Part shown: positions 40,120 to 55,591 of the stretch, piece by piece
Position numbering within the stretch: the stretch's first letter is position 1
Layout: the number at the start of each line of letters is the position of its first letter
Origin: the human T2T-CHM13v2.0 reference genome, Homo sapiens
Direction: 5' to 3' (one strand)
Assembly: GCF_009914755.1 (NCBI RefSeq)
Contig: NC_060937.1
Length of the DNA stretch: 64,000 nucleotides
Translations under genes and position numbers: made by a program
Notes under the pieces: model-generated
Databases searched by the model: none
The model's input: the letters and a program-made list of their open reading frames with translations, nothing else
What the model was told of the DNA's origin: nothing

Positions 40120-41333
40120 ATCTCACCAGACTGATTTCAGAGTGTCAGCCAAGGATATAAGCTCATTTGAAGTTCAGGGCCCTCTACCTAGCTTGTTCAG
40201 GTGGTTGTCAGAATTTAGTTCCTTGAAGTTGTTTCACTTATTTTCTTGTTGGTTGTTGGCTGGGAGTCACTCTCAGCTCCTATATAATAATCTCAAATCC
40301 TAGCCACATAGCCCTCTCATAACCTGGCCATTTACTTCTGTAAGGCCAGCAGAAGAATAATGTAACATAATCTTGGAAGTCACTTTGTCATCACAGTTCT
40401 CATAGACCATAATCCGATCAAGGGTGTAACTATGCCACTATATTCACAGGCACACACCCACAAAGGTAAGGGGATTGTCCTGGGTATACACACCAAGGGC
40501 TGTTTTAGAGACTGTTTTAGTCAGGATTCTCCAGAGAGACAGAACCAATAGGAGATTTTATATATATATATACATACACACACATACATACACATACACA
40601 TATATCTCTTTCTCTCTCTCTCTGTCTCTGTGTGAGTTTCAGCACAGTTCCTACATCTTTGAGCTTCAGTTTTCTTATACTTAGAATGGGTAAGCATTCT
40701 AAAGAGAGAGAGAGAGAGAGAGAGACAAATGAGGAGGGGAATTGGCTCACATGATTATAGAGGATGAGAAGTCCCACCATAGGTCCTCTGCAAGCTGGAG
40801 AACCAGGGAATCTGGTAGTGTGGCTCAGTCCAAGGCCAAAGGCCTTAAAACCAGGGAAACTGATGGTGTGACCCTCGGTCTGAGGTCAAAGTTCCAACAG
40901 CCTGGGAGGCCACTGGTGGGAGTCCTGGAATACAATGGCCAGAGAACCTGGAGCTTTGACATCTAAGGGCAAGAGAAGAAGGGTATCCTGCCTCAAGAAA
41001 AGAGAACCCCAATTCACTCTCACTCTCCTTGTTTGTTCCTTCTGGGCCCCCAGTTGACTGGATGGTGCTCATTCACATTGAGGGAGAATCTTCCCCACTC
41101 AGTCTGCCAACTCAAATGCCAGTTTTTTCATAAATACCCTCACAGACACACCGAGTGCAGCTCAATTTTTCTAACCAAATGCCAAACCAACTGGGTTTCT
41201 TTCTTACCAGAAGAGGAATCGACTCCATGTCTAAGAAAACATTGACAATCAGTTATCTGGGTATCACTTAATCCAGTCAAGTTGACATCCAAAATCAACT
41301 GTCACAGGGACCATCTTAGAATTCTACTACTAT
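40120..41333 (-). mobile_element. MLT1E-like LTR split by MLT2B
   Basis: GGGTATACACACCAAGGG before the insertion and CATCTTAGAATTCTAC after it. Confidence 0.7.
40513..41306 (-). mobile_element. MLT2B-type solo LTR with an insertion in its microsatellite
   Basis: TGTTTTAGTCAGGATTCTCCAGAGAGACAGAACCAATAGG...CAAGTTGACA...GTCACA; TSD GAGAC/GGGAC. Confidence 0.88.
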
Positions 41334-42166
41334 AAGGAGAAAGACAGCAAGATGAGCAAATTATAATACTAAGGGGTTTCCGTTGCATAAAAAAGAAACA
41401 TGACTTCTCCACTACACAATTTAGTAAATTAAATATGTCCACCATTGAACCACGTATAGAGCCAAAAGGAAAAAAATGAAAGAAATATCTAAAAATGTAA
41501 AATGATGGACTCATCTTAGAAAATTAAAAAGACCTGAAGGATAAGTCCAAGAATCCTGAAATGTGGCTATTACAGTGTTAGAAAAAAATAAAGTAATGGC
41601 AAACAGGCAGTAAATAAACAAAAGAAGGATACAATCACTACATTGAAAACAGACTGAGTTTATAGGTTTCTCAGTCCTGATTGATGATAAAAGAAACATA
41701 ATCAATGTAGTATGGTAAAATCTGTGAAGTTAAAGAGTCAAGAGAAAAACTTACAAGTATTTAGAGAGAAGTTAACTTCAAATAAATAAATTTCATATTG
41801 ACACTGTATCACTTGTTACACTAAAATCTAGAAATATTGGAATCACTGCTAAGAAAACAGAATTTAATTCAGCAATCCTGTAGACAGCCAAGATGCCATT
41901 CATCTGTCAGGGTATAAGTAGGTATTTGAGAATGTAGAAGTCTGAGAGGGTGTGACCCACATAAAAGATCTTAAGGAAATACTTGCATAAGTTCTTAACC
42001 TAACATAAATTAAGCAAAACCAAGACTTCACAATAGAGGAAAATAAAGAAGACCTAAAACAGTGTTTAGCAATGAACCTTACAATTAATATACATAATTG
42101 GAATAGATGATAATGGACCATCCAGAAATATGTGATGCAAGAGCTTAAAACAAAATAAGATATTCA

Positions 42167-42564
<398 letters not shown>

Positions 42565-42961
42565 CTAGAAAATGCAAATATTCAAGATATTCCAGGAGAA
42601 CCGGATAAAAGCATAGTTGGAGTCTTCAATATGCTTTATTCAGAATTAAACAATTTTAGTAAGCTAAAAAAAGAGCATGGAGGAGTTTAAAATACAAAAC
42701 TAGTACAATTAAGAAAAAAATTTAATAAACATACATATTCACATCTCTGGAACAAATAATAAATAAGTTTTGTATACATATGGAATACTTATTAAAATCA
42801 ATATGAATTTATTCACAAAGAAAAGTTTAACAAATTTAAAATGCAGAGGTCATGTTTTCTAATCATGATTCAACAAATATAGAAATAAATAGTAAAAATA
42901 TGGAAAGGAAATTATTTGGAAACCAAGATATATTCCTAGCTAACACTTAAAAAATAAAAGA

Positions 42962-43735
<774 letters not shown>

Positions 43736-43850
43736 CTTTTTTCACCATATGAAATAAGAAAGAAAGAAGTTCTTACAGTTACTCCCTTTGGGTATTTTTG
43801 CATAAAGTTATTCATAGCATGTATAATGGATAGAACCTTGGTCGTATACC

Positions 43851-44651
43851 TGAAACCACCTTTGCAAAAATTATGACAGTGAGAGAAGTCTGGCATGGCT
43901 TACTCTATCTTGCTTCTAGCCTCACAGCCTGACTGTGCTCACTCATTCCTGGGCATAGGCCAAGCTAACCATGAGAGGAACTTAGTTTATAGTTTAACTT
44001 TGAAGCAAGGATGATAATAGTCCTTCCTTAAAACTAACCCCCTGCTTGCTCAGGGACTGCAACCCCTTTGTGAAACTAATGAAAGGCCATGAGATTAGGA
44101 TTATGGGAGGGGCCTGAATTCTGCTAAAATGTCAGAGTAAACAATAACCAGACATTGTTCCCTAGCTTGCTTTTCTATAATTCCTTGCTGCTTGGGAGTC
44201 ATGTGGCCAGAGGTCACAAGATTTGTGACTTCTCCAATTGCTTCTATAGATAACATCGCTATTGTAGAGGCTTAAAATTGTTCTTTTGAGATACTATTCA
44301 GACTTTTGCATTCTGGTGACCAACTGACTCTACCCAGCCCCTTGATTTGTGGCTCAAATGGTCCTGTGGCCCCAACCCAGAGGCTGGCTCAGCACACAAG
44401 GACTGTTTTCCACACCCCTATGGTTTCATCCCCAATCAATAAGCATTACCCATTCCCTAAGACCTCTGCCCACGAAATTATCCATAAAAACCCTTGCCTC
44501 CGAGTTCCTGAGAAGGCTGATTTGAGGAATAAACTCCCATCTCTTGCTGCGCTAGCCCTGTAATAATTAAACTATTTCTCTACTGCAGTACCACTGTTTC
44601 AGAGAATTGGTTTTCTCTGTGTAGCAAACCAGAAACAATCAGGTAATTACA
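43851..44651 (+). mobile_element. LTR8-family solo LTR (LTR8A/B-like, 801 bp)
   Basis: TGAAACCACCTTTGCAAAAATTATGACAGTGAGAGAAG...AATTACA; 4-bp TSD TACC/TACT. Confidence 0.88.
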
Positions 44652-44893
44652 TACTCAACAAAATTTACTTTGTTAAAAGAAAAAAAAATCCCAGTGTCTA
44701 TCAAATCTAATCCAAAAATATTCAGTTCTTTGAAGCAGCTGGTTAACTCAAACACATTGATTAAGAATATCTGTTTATCAAATCAGAGTGTGAATTTGAA
44801 AAATTACTGAGCACTGATAAAAATAAAACAAGAATAACAAAAAACATTCAAAGAACTATCTAACTATCCAGTATGTAATGATGTCTATAAGAA

Positions 44894-45155
44894 TTTTTTT
44901 ATTTTTATTTTTAGAGACAGGGTCTCACTCTGTCACCCAGGCTAGAGTGCAGTAGTGAGATCATGGCTCACTACAGCCTTGACTTCCTGGGCTCAAGTGA
45001 TCCTCTTGCCTCAGCCTCCCAAGTACCTGGTAATACAGGGCATGCAACCATGTCCAGCTAATTAAAAAAAAAATTTGTACTCCTGAGCTCAAGCAATCCT
45101 CCTGCCTTGGCCCCCCAAAATGCTGGATTATAAGCATGGGCTACCATTCCTGGCC
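44894..45155 (-). mobile_element. AluJ with internal deletion
   Basis: TSD TATAAGAATTTTTT/TGTAAGAATCTTTT; left-arm segment missing at ~45078. Confidence 0.88.
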
Positions 45156-46226
45156 TGTAAGAATCTTTTGTTTAAAGTTTTTCCTGCTAAATGTAGGAGC
45201 TTTGTTTTCAGGGTTCACAAATGTGACATGAGAGGTTTGAGAGAAGTGCTTTAGGGTGCCAAGTAGAGCTTACAAAAATCCCCAAAGATCAGATCCAGAT
45301 GAGACTCCTCTATCGTTCAGGATGCAAAATTTCTCTAATGAAGAAAATACAATCTTTGGAGGCCCACATAGAAAACTCAACAATATATCAAGAACCCACT
45401 GTTGGATGAGGCAACTGTGTGTATGCAAATATATAGCTTTCATGCCTTCCCCTAAAATTGTCATATGATGGCCAACATAATAGTTAAAAATTAGGAAATA
45501 TACAACAGCTCAACACCAAAGTTAGGGGCTACTCCCTATCAATATCCTAGAGGTTCCAAAGGACACTATGAACTAAACTGGGTAACAAACCATAGACTGA
45601 GACTTAGCTACACGATGAGTACATATAAGTAGAGAAGAGGTAAAAAACAAGTCTTTGATGGTTAAATAGGTACAAGAAATAATTTTATACACATATACAT
45701 GAATGTAGATAAATAGTTAATAAACATAAATATTTCAACTGCAACACTAATGAAAAGGTACACATTGAAACTATAGTCACCTACCATTTTGCCTCTTAAA
45801 ACTGGTAAAATAATAATTATTACTAATATTATAAGATTTAGTACACATGGAAGTACACTGAGATTAACACAAACTGCTAAGTCTGTCCATTGGAACATTT
45901 CTGAAAAATGATGTCCAAATTGTTTCTAGAAACTAAAAAAGTGTTTCTAACATTTGACCCCGAATTACTTTTCCAGAATTCTGTCTTAATGAAGCCCCTT
46001 CACCACAGCTGTATAGTAGGAAAAAAATTCAAAAGAACATAAATGCACAACAACGTGATTAAATGCATTTATGGGTTATCCAATATCATTTGTCAAAAAT
46101 TCTAATAATACAAAAATTCTTGTTATGTAATATTAATGAAACATGCAGTGTAAAACTCTTATCTACCATTAAATCACAATGTAAAGTGTGTAAGAAACAT
46201 TCTGGAAAAAGATACACCAATATCTT

Positions 46227-46518
<292 letters not shown>

Positions 46519-46959
46519 CCAATATCTTAACAGTAAATGTATCAGTCAAAAATTAAAATTTTCTTTACTTTGAAGGAAGAATGTTAACAAGATTCATTAT
46601 ATTTTCTGAATTCCCTATTTATAGCTGAGCTGCATAGCAGTTTTGTGATCTGTATTGGGAGTCATGTATTCATATGTTACAAAACTATTTCCTCTTCGTT
46701 TTGATTGGACTTGAGATCTTTGATCAAATTGTTCCTTTTAATGCCATATTATATTTGTTGAGTCTCAAATGAAGTCTTGGCTATGCCTATCGTAACAGTT
46801 TGCATTCATGTATAAAAAGTTCCATTTACTTTGGTAATCACTTATACTGGGTGCCTTTAATACACAGGTATCTGAAACCAGAAATATTATCTCCCTATTA
46901 CTCCCATCTAAAATTATGAAAAAATTTTCCTGCCATGTTTCTTCTTGACCTGACTCTTC

Positions 46960-47160
46960 TTTATTTCTTCTTTACTTTCATTCTTTCTTACTTTCTCTCT
47001 CTTTCTTTCTTTCAAGACAGGATCTTACTCTGTCTTGCAGGCTGGAATGCAGTAGTGCAAACATAGCTCATCGCAGCCTGGACCCCCTGGGTTCAAGCTA
47101 TCTTCCTGCCTCAGCCTCCTGAGTTGCTAGGATTACAGGTATACACCACAGCACCCAACT
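46960..47160 (-). mobile_element. FRAM-like Alu monomer
   Basis: Single right arm with TTTC tail; TSD-like CCTGACTCT/CCTGATTCT. Confidence 0.8.
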
Positions 47161-49608
47161 CCTGATTCTCATTTTTGTCCTCTATTTGCAATCTTGTATG
47201 GCTGTTTTATCCAGAATTTTACTTCTATCCATCGAATTCAGATTAAAAGCAAGAGATAGGGTCTTTTAAAGTTCTTCCAAACATACTTTTCATTGTTTTT
47301 ACCAAGTATATGCTGAACCCATACCAGGAACTCATTTTATTTCATTCAGTACCATCCACATTCCCTACTGTTTACTTTTCACAGTTTTATTCTTCACAAA
47401 TATTGTAATCACCAACCAGAAGAACTGAAATTGTCACTGGTACCTCCTTTCTCCCCATACCCAGACAATCCTAGAATTTTTCTTTCAGAATATTCAATGT
47501 CTAGAGTTCTATCAGAGATTTTATCTCAATGTAAGAGGCATTCCCAGTTGTTTCAGCAGAAATGAGTAGTACTCAGAAATGTAAGAGATTTACCAAAATT
47601 TCATTCACATTAAAAAAATACAAGTTGAGGAATGCAGTCACTGAAGTATTGCTATGCATAGCTGTCACGTTATATCTTTGCAACCTCTTGGTGTGAAGTC
47701 ATCACCAACCTCTATGCCTTCTAGTGTTGACAGGACCCCTCCCACCTGTAGTTCCAGGCCTTCTTGCCTGAAACCTCCTATGGTTAGGTAGCAATGAATC
47801 TTTTTCAAGATGCTGTAAGTTACTATTAATGGAAAAAAATCTCCTATCTATTTCAGAGGTCCAAGGATAGAGTTTCCTATCCTCTCTTCCCTGAATATTC
47901 CATTCCTCTCTTGCAACAGATTTACTATCACACTCAGAATTCTATTTTGTAAGATTCCTTCTATCTAATCATTCCTTAATAAGATGATTGTTACTTAATG
48001 GGCATAACAATCACTTAGAAAGATTTTTTTTAAAAAATGAATGTAGGCTCCGAGGAATTCTGTTTCAGTATGTCTAGTTTGAGAACAGAGAATCAACATT
48101 TGTTACAAACATTGCAGTTGATCCTGGTACACACAATGAAAAAGACTGCTTTTACATTTTAAGACACTAGAACCCAGAACATTCATCAGGCACCTTCACC
48201 TTCTCCTGTAAAAGTTTCTACATCTGCAAACAGTCCACTTACAAGCCTGCTTCCCAAGGGTCCTGGTGATTGCCTTGTTAAACTGATTTAGTTCTTGTTG
48301 CCTCTTTCCATTTAATGGCTGCTGAGTATTAACAGAAAGATTCAAATAATCTTTCATAGGGGACTTACGCTCACTACTTAACAAAATACTTCCCACTATC
48401 CATGGGTTCTCCTGCCTTGTAGCATCGGGCAGCACCATAAGTAGTATTATCTCACTTTTCCTATTTGTTTCTGGGCTCCTCACTCCCATGCCACCTGGGT
48501 TGCAGATATCATTTATTGCATTCTTAATGGATAAGCAGCTTTCAATAGCTACATTTTTATGGTCAATTATGTAATATAACTAGCAGTTATTTCTGTTTTC
48601 CTTAATAAATTTAAATCAGGGCACCTCCACTTTATTTAATTTTAATGTCTGCTCATGTAATGCATCATACTCAACTTCTCTTTCTCCTGCTCCTTTTTTG
48701 CCTTTTCTGTAGTTTTTCCTATTGGCTTCTTTAATTATCAAACCTGCATAAACTTCTGGTGCATTTCCAAGCCCATTTCAAGTCAGTCGTTCAGCTATTC
48801 AAAGCTTATAACAGTATTCACTGTTAATACCTAAAGAATAAGATGATGTCCCTTAACATTTAAAACCTTTTCAATCATGACTTGAGCTTCCATTATGTAA
48901 TCAAGGCAGAGTAGTACAGCAAAATGTAATTTTTTTTCTCTCTTTTCAGTCAAATATCTCACTTACAACATAAGGTCTGTACCTAATAAAGGTAAATTCT
49001 GTTTCATTTATGGGGCAGTGTTTACATATTAGAAACCTTTAATTATAAAATAGTCTTTTTTCCCCTTTCTTCTGTTAGGTGACTGATGATTTGCAAAGAA
49101 GGAACAGTTCACTATTGGGAAGCAAGTGATAAGCAAGCTTAGCTCTTCATAAACTCCATGAATACACAGCTATTTCTCACAAATACACATTAAATACAGT
49201 TGAACATTCTATTTGAAATATGCATGCTATCAGCTTGCCAATATCATCTTTTAAGCTAATGTACTCAGACATTTCTTGGGAGAAAAATGACTTCTGTGAT
49301 GAATTTTAACCAAGTAACAAAAATATATTGCACTTTCGAAGTGTATGACATTGCATTTAAATGTATCCCCACTTACAAATATAAATACTGACTGACTGTA
49401 AATATGATGCATATAAAACAAGTGGGAAGGGTTTTCCCTTGTAATACAACTTAAAGATTATCTCAGTATTTTTCAACCAATTCTTAATACATGGGAACTA
49501 TTTCTGAAACTGCCTGAGAGCATGAGCAAACCATTGTCCTACGTGGCAGAGGCTAAGCAAGACATACCTGCAATTCAATGGTCTGGATTCAAATCCCCCT
49601 CTACCTCT

Positions 49609-51163
49609 CAGACATGAAGTCCTTGCCCATGCGTATGTCCTCAATGGTATTGCCTAGGTTTTCTTCTAGGGTTTTTATGGTTTTAGGTCTAATATTTAAG
49701 TCTTTAATCCATCTCGAATTAATTTTTGTATAAGGTGTAAGGAAGGGATCCAGTTTCAGCTTTCTACATATGGCTAGCCAGTTTTCCCAGCACCATTGAT
49801 TAAATAGGGAATCGTTTCCCCATTTCTTGTTTTTGTCAGGTTTTTCAAAGGTCAGATGGTTGTAGATGTGTGGTATTATTTCTGAGGGCTCTTTTCTGTT
49901 CCATTGGTCTATATCTCTGTGTTGGTACTAGTACCATGCTGTTTTGGTTACTGTAGCCTTGTAGTATAGTTTGAAGTCAAGTAGCGTGATGCCTCCAGCT
50001 TTGTTCTTTTGTCGTAGGATTGTCTTGGCATCGTGGGCTCTTTTTTGCTTCCATATGAACTTTAAAGTAGTTTTTTACAATTCTGTGAAGACTTCATGTC
50101 GAAAACACCAAAAGCAATGGCAACAAAAGCCAAAAATGACAAATGGGAGCTAATTAAACTAAAGAGCTTCTGCACAGCAAAAGAAACTACCATCAAGTGA
50201 ACAGGCAACCTACAGAATGGGAGAAAATTTTTACAATCTACTCATCTGACAAAGGGCTAATATCTAGAGTCTACAAAGAACTCAAACAAACTTACAAGAA
50301 AAAAATAAACAACCCCATCCCAAAGTGGGTGAAGGATATGAACAGACACTTCTCAAAAGAAGACATTTATGCAGCCAACAGACACATGAAAAAATGCTCA
50401 TCATCACTGGCCATCGGAGAAATGCAAATCAAAACCACAATGAGATACCATCTCACACCAGTTCGAATGGCGATCATTGAAAAGTCAGGAAACAACAGGT
50501 GCTAGAGAGGATGTGTAGAAATAGGAACACTTTTACACTGTTGGTGGGACTGTAAAGTAGTTCAACCATTGTGGAAGACAGTGTGGCAATTCCTCAAGGA
50601 TCTAGAACTAGAAATACCATTTGACCCAGCCATCCCATTACTGGGTATATACCCAAAGGATTATAAATCATGCTGCTATAAAGACACATGCACACATATG
50701 TTTACTGCGGCACTATTCACAATAGCAATAAACATATTTGGAACCAACCCAAATGTCCATCAGTGATAGACTGGATTAAGAAAATGTGGCACATATACAT
50801 CATGGAATACTATGCAGCCACTAAAAAGAATGAGTTCATGTCCTTTGTAGGGACACGGATGAAGCTAGAAACCATCATTCTCAGCAAACTATCACAAGGA
50901 CAAAAAACCAAACACTGCATGTTCTCACTCATAGGTGGGAATTGAACAATGAGAATACTTGGACACAGGAAGGGGAACATCACACACTGGGGCCTGTCGT
51001 GGGGTCGGGGGAGGGGGGAAGGATAGCATTAGGAGATATACCTAATGTAAATGACGAATTAATGGGTGCAGCACACCAACATGGCACATGTATACATATG
51101 TAACAAACCTGCATGCTGTGCACATGTACCCTAGAACTTAAAGCATAATAAAAAAAAAACAAA
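49609..51163 (+). mobile_element. 5'-inverted L1PA4/5-like insertion
   Basis: Inverted part 49609-50090, forward part 50090 to poly-A. 19-bp direct repeat CAAATCCCCCTCTACCTCT at 49590-49608 and 51164-51182. Inserted in a MIR. Confidence 0.95.
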
Positions 51164-53118
51164 CAAATCCCCCTCTACCTCTTAAAGTAACTTATTTCAT
51201 CTATTTATGTCTCTGTTTCCGTATCTATTCAATGAACGTAATTACAGTTTCTATCTTATAGGGTCGTTGGGAGGATTAGATGAGAAAATAAGTGTATTTT
51301 GTATTTGTGTATTTTTGTATGTATATTTGTGTATTGCATGTATATATATATCTGTCTATTTTATATGTATGTATGTATACATGAGCAAATAAATAAAAAG
51401 ATAAATATTAAAAAAAGTTCTTTCCCATAGTATAGACTCACAAACTATACACTATTATTATATATGTTTTTTGGCTTCTGAAATTTCCCAGTGTCTTAAA
51501 TTGGGGTGTCTTATTTTATGGTTAGACAGATTTCTTATGAAACAGAGTTTTCCCAGCTATATCTACAGTAAAAGTTTTAACTAAAAAGCCAATTAGATGA
51601 TTCTAGGGCAAAGTACTTTCAAAAATACACTACGCTCCACAAATTTCAGGCAACATTGTCATTGGTGACAATGGTGATAATGATAATGGGCACGCATTCT
51701 TCAAATCTGAATGTCATCCAATTGCTTCCCATTTTCTCCAGCCTTAGGAAGTCATTCTTCCTTTTTACATAAATAGCAGTAGTTTAAGTGCCCACCCTTT
51801 GTTCCACAGTTTTCCCCACCACTGCAGACTCACTGAGAAAAGCACACATGTGATACCATTACTTTCTCTGGGTTGTTTCTTCTCAAGGATGTAGGTAACC
51901 TTCCCTTAGACTCCCAAAGACTACCAAGAGGAAGCCATAGGCAAATGGAAGGTCATTATAATGCAGGAAAGAAAAACATAACTTTCCATTAGTTCCTTCA
52001 CAGGGGCTCACCCGTTTTCCTTAGCCCCTCAACTAGTGTTCCTTAGTCTTTTACCTGCCATCATATTATAGATACCAACCTACCACTTCCCAACTGAAGT
52101 TCATCTAGACCACGGAGGCCTGTTCTCCACAATCTAACACCTCCATGCAAGGTGGGTCTGCCTCCTGCCTGCCCAAATGATAGTCAAGGGGGCGGGGGGT
52201 GCATCCAGAAAAAAGCTATCATAATAGGGAAGGGTATGTTTCCCAAGGTTGGAAACCATCACATGAAAGTCACAACCAGTTCCTCTTCACACTCTTTTCT
52301 CTATTTTAAGATTATGTTTACATGTTTTTTGCAATCTTCTGATCACCAGTGAACGAACATGTGGAGTAAAGAAGGAAAAAGAGTGAGAGGGACTAGACCA
52401 TCTATCAGTGACAGATATTAATTTTCAAAGGGAGTCTAGCCAAAAGCCACATTTAGGGGAAAATATATTGGATTCTTCAAGGGCATGCCCTTAATAAGTG
52501 TACACTCAATTTAACATTTTGATCCGGGGCATCTGTATTTGAATTACTTCTCTGGTTCTGGGTTTCCCAAGTACCATGACTTAGATATCTGCTTTATATC
52601 TGGCTGGTTAAAACTGCTCACAAAAAACCTGGTCCCTCCCATAAGAAAAGAGGTTTAATCCCCAGACTACATTCCCTCTTTAGCTTTGAAATTTAGAAAC
52701 CATTTACCACTTCCCAAATGGCTCTTTCCAGATTCAATTATTTTAAGATCTAAGCTTCAACTTCGTAAATATAAATATAGGTTCGTATTTAAGTAAATAT
52801 GGAGTACAAAAAGAAATTCTAAAAACTGTTATTTGGTAAAGGATACAGGAAGCATATACATCTAATTCATGAGAGGCTTTTCTAAAACGCTTATGAATTT
52901 GAATAAGTATCACATTATTGATCTGAGATTTGTAAGAGAAATTCTAAAGAGCTCTCTCGCGCGCGCGCCAAAATATAACTGAGTAAAACAATAAATTAGA
53001 AGTTGAATTCAAGATAGCTTTTTTAAAGAAAAGCATATTTGTTCTTCTCATTCTTGGTGAAAAAAATGTCATTGTCTATTATTAGACAGCTCAGCTTACT
53101 TCTTAATTAAATATAAAG

Positions 53119-55591
53119 GTTTAGATTTGCATTTCTCTAATGATCAGTGATGTTGAGCTTTTTTTCATGTTTGTTGGCTACATAAATGCCTTTTTTTGAA
53201 AAGTGTCTGTTTATGTCTCTTGCCCACTTTTTGATGGGGTTGTTTTTTTTTCTTGTAAATTTGTTTAAGTTCCTTGTAGATTCTAGATATCAGACCTTCG
53301 TCAGATGGGTAGATTGCAAAAACGTTCTCCCACTCTGTAGGCTGCCTGTTCACTCTGATGATAGTTTCTTTTGCTGTGCAGAAGCTCTTCAGTTTAATTA
53401 GATCCCATTTGTCAATTTTGGCTTTTGTTGTGATTGCTTTTGGCATTTTCATCATGAAATCTTTGCCCATGCCTATGTCCTGAATGGTATTACCTAGGTT
53501 TTCTTCTAGGGTGTTTATGGTTTGAAGTTTAAAAGCCTTTAATCCATCTTGAGTTAATTTTTGTATAAGGTGTAAAGAAGGGGTCCAGTTTCAGTTTTCT
53601 GCATATGGCTAGTCAGTTTTCCCAGCACTATTTATTAAATAGGGAATCCTTTCCCCATTGCTTGTTTTAGTCAGGTTTGTCAAAGATCAGATAGCTGTAG
53701 ATGTGTGGTATTATTTCTGAGGTCTCTGCTCTGTTCCATTGGTCTATATGTCTGTTTTGGTACCAGTACCATGCTGTTTTAATTACTGTAGCCTTGTAGT
53801 ATAGTTTGAAGTCAGTTAGTCTGATGCCTCCAGCTTTGTTCTTTTTGCTTAGTATTGTCTTGGCTATATGGGCTCTTTTTGGGTTCCATATGAAATTTAA
53901 ATTAGTTTTCTCTAGATCTGTGAAGAATGTCAGTGGTAGTTTGATGGAAATAGCATTGAATCTATAAATTACTATGGGCAGTATGGCCATTTTCACAATA
54001 TTGATTCTTCCTATCCATGAGGATGGAATGTTTTTCCATTGGTTTGTGTCCTCTCTTATTTCCTTGAACAGTGGTTTGTAGTTCTCCTTGAAGAGGTCCT
54101 TCAGGTTCCTCATTAGCTGTATTCTTAGGTATTTTATTCTCTTTGTAACAATTGTAAATGGGAGCTCATTAATGATTTGGCTCTCTGCTTGTCTATTGTT
54201 GGTGTATAAGAATGCTTGTCATTTTTGCATATTGATTTTCTATCCTGCAACATTGCCAAAGCAGCTTATCAGCCTAAGGAGTTTTTGGGCTGAGATGATA
54301 GGGTTTTCTAAATATAGAATCATGTCGTCTGCAAACAGAGGCAATTTGACTTCCTCACTTCCTATTTGAATACCCTTGATTTCTTTCTCTGGCCTGATTG
54401 CCCTGGACAGAATTTCCAATACTATGTTGGTTTTCAAAAGGAATGTTTTCAGCTTTTGCCCATTCAGTATGATATTGGCTGTGGGTTTGTCATAAATAGC
54501 TCTTATTTTGAGATATGTTCCATCAATACCTAGATTATTGAGAATTTTTAACATGAAGGGATGTCAAATTTTATCAAAGGCCTTTTCTGCATCTATTGAC
54601 ATAATCATGTGGTTTTTGTCATTGGTTCTGTTTATGTGATGTATTATGTTTATCGATTTGTGTATGTTGAACCAGCCTTGCATCCTAGGGATGAAGCCAA
54701 CTTGATCGTGGTGGATAAGCTTTTTGATGTGCTGCTGTATTTGGTTTGCCAGTATTTTATTGAGGATTTTTGCATCGATGTTCATCGGCGATATTGGCCT
54801 GAAGTTTTCTTTTTCTGTTGTGTCTCTGCCAGGTTTTGGTATCAGGATGATACAAACCACAATGAGATATCATCTCACACCAGTCATAATGGCAGTTATT
54901 AAAAAATAAAGAAACAATAGATGCTGGTGAGGCTGCAGAGAAACAGGAATGCTTTTTCATTGTTGGTGGGAATGTAAATTAGTTCAACCATTGTGGAAGA
55001 CAGTGTGGTGATTCCTCAAGGATTTAGAACCAGAAATATTATTTGACCCAGCAATCTTATTACTGGGTACATACCCAAAGGAATATAAATTATTCTACTA
55101 TATAAAGACACATGTGCAAGTATATTTATTGCAGCACTATTTACAATAGCAAAGACATGGAACCAACCCAAATGCCCATCAATGATAGACTGGATAAAGA
55201 AAATGTGGTAAATATACATGACGGAATCCCATGCAGCCATAAAAAGGAATGAGATCATGTCCTTTGCAGGGACATGGATGAAGCTGGAAGCTATCATCCT
55301 CACAAACTAATACAGTAACAGGAAACCAAACACTGCATGTTCTCACTCATAGTGGGAGTTGAACAATGAGAACACATGGACAAAGGGTGGGAAACAACAT
55401 ACACTGGGGACTGTCAGGGGATGGGCAGTGAGGGGAGGGAGAGCATTAGGACAAATCACTAATGCATGTGGGGCTTAAAACCTAGATGACAGGTTGATAG
55501 GTGCCACAAACCACCATAGCACACATATACCTATGTAGCAAACCTGCATGTTCTGCACATATATTCTGGAACTTAAAGTAAAATAAATAAA
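53119..55591 (+). mobile_element. 5'-inverted L1PA8-10-like insertion
   Basis: Inverted part 53119-54851, forward part from 54854. TSD TAAATATAAAG at 53108-53118 and 55592-55602. Confidence 0.92.

Noticed and set aside
48196-48489. 97-aa minus-strand ORF in unique DNA
   Set aside because: No recognisable homology, and the length is within chance expectation.
52479-52492. Palindrome AAGGGCATGCCCTT as a p53 element
   Set aside because: Only one half-site, with no adjacent partner.
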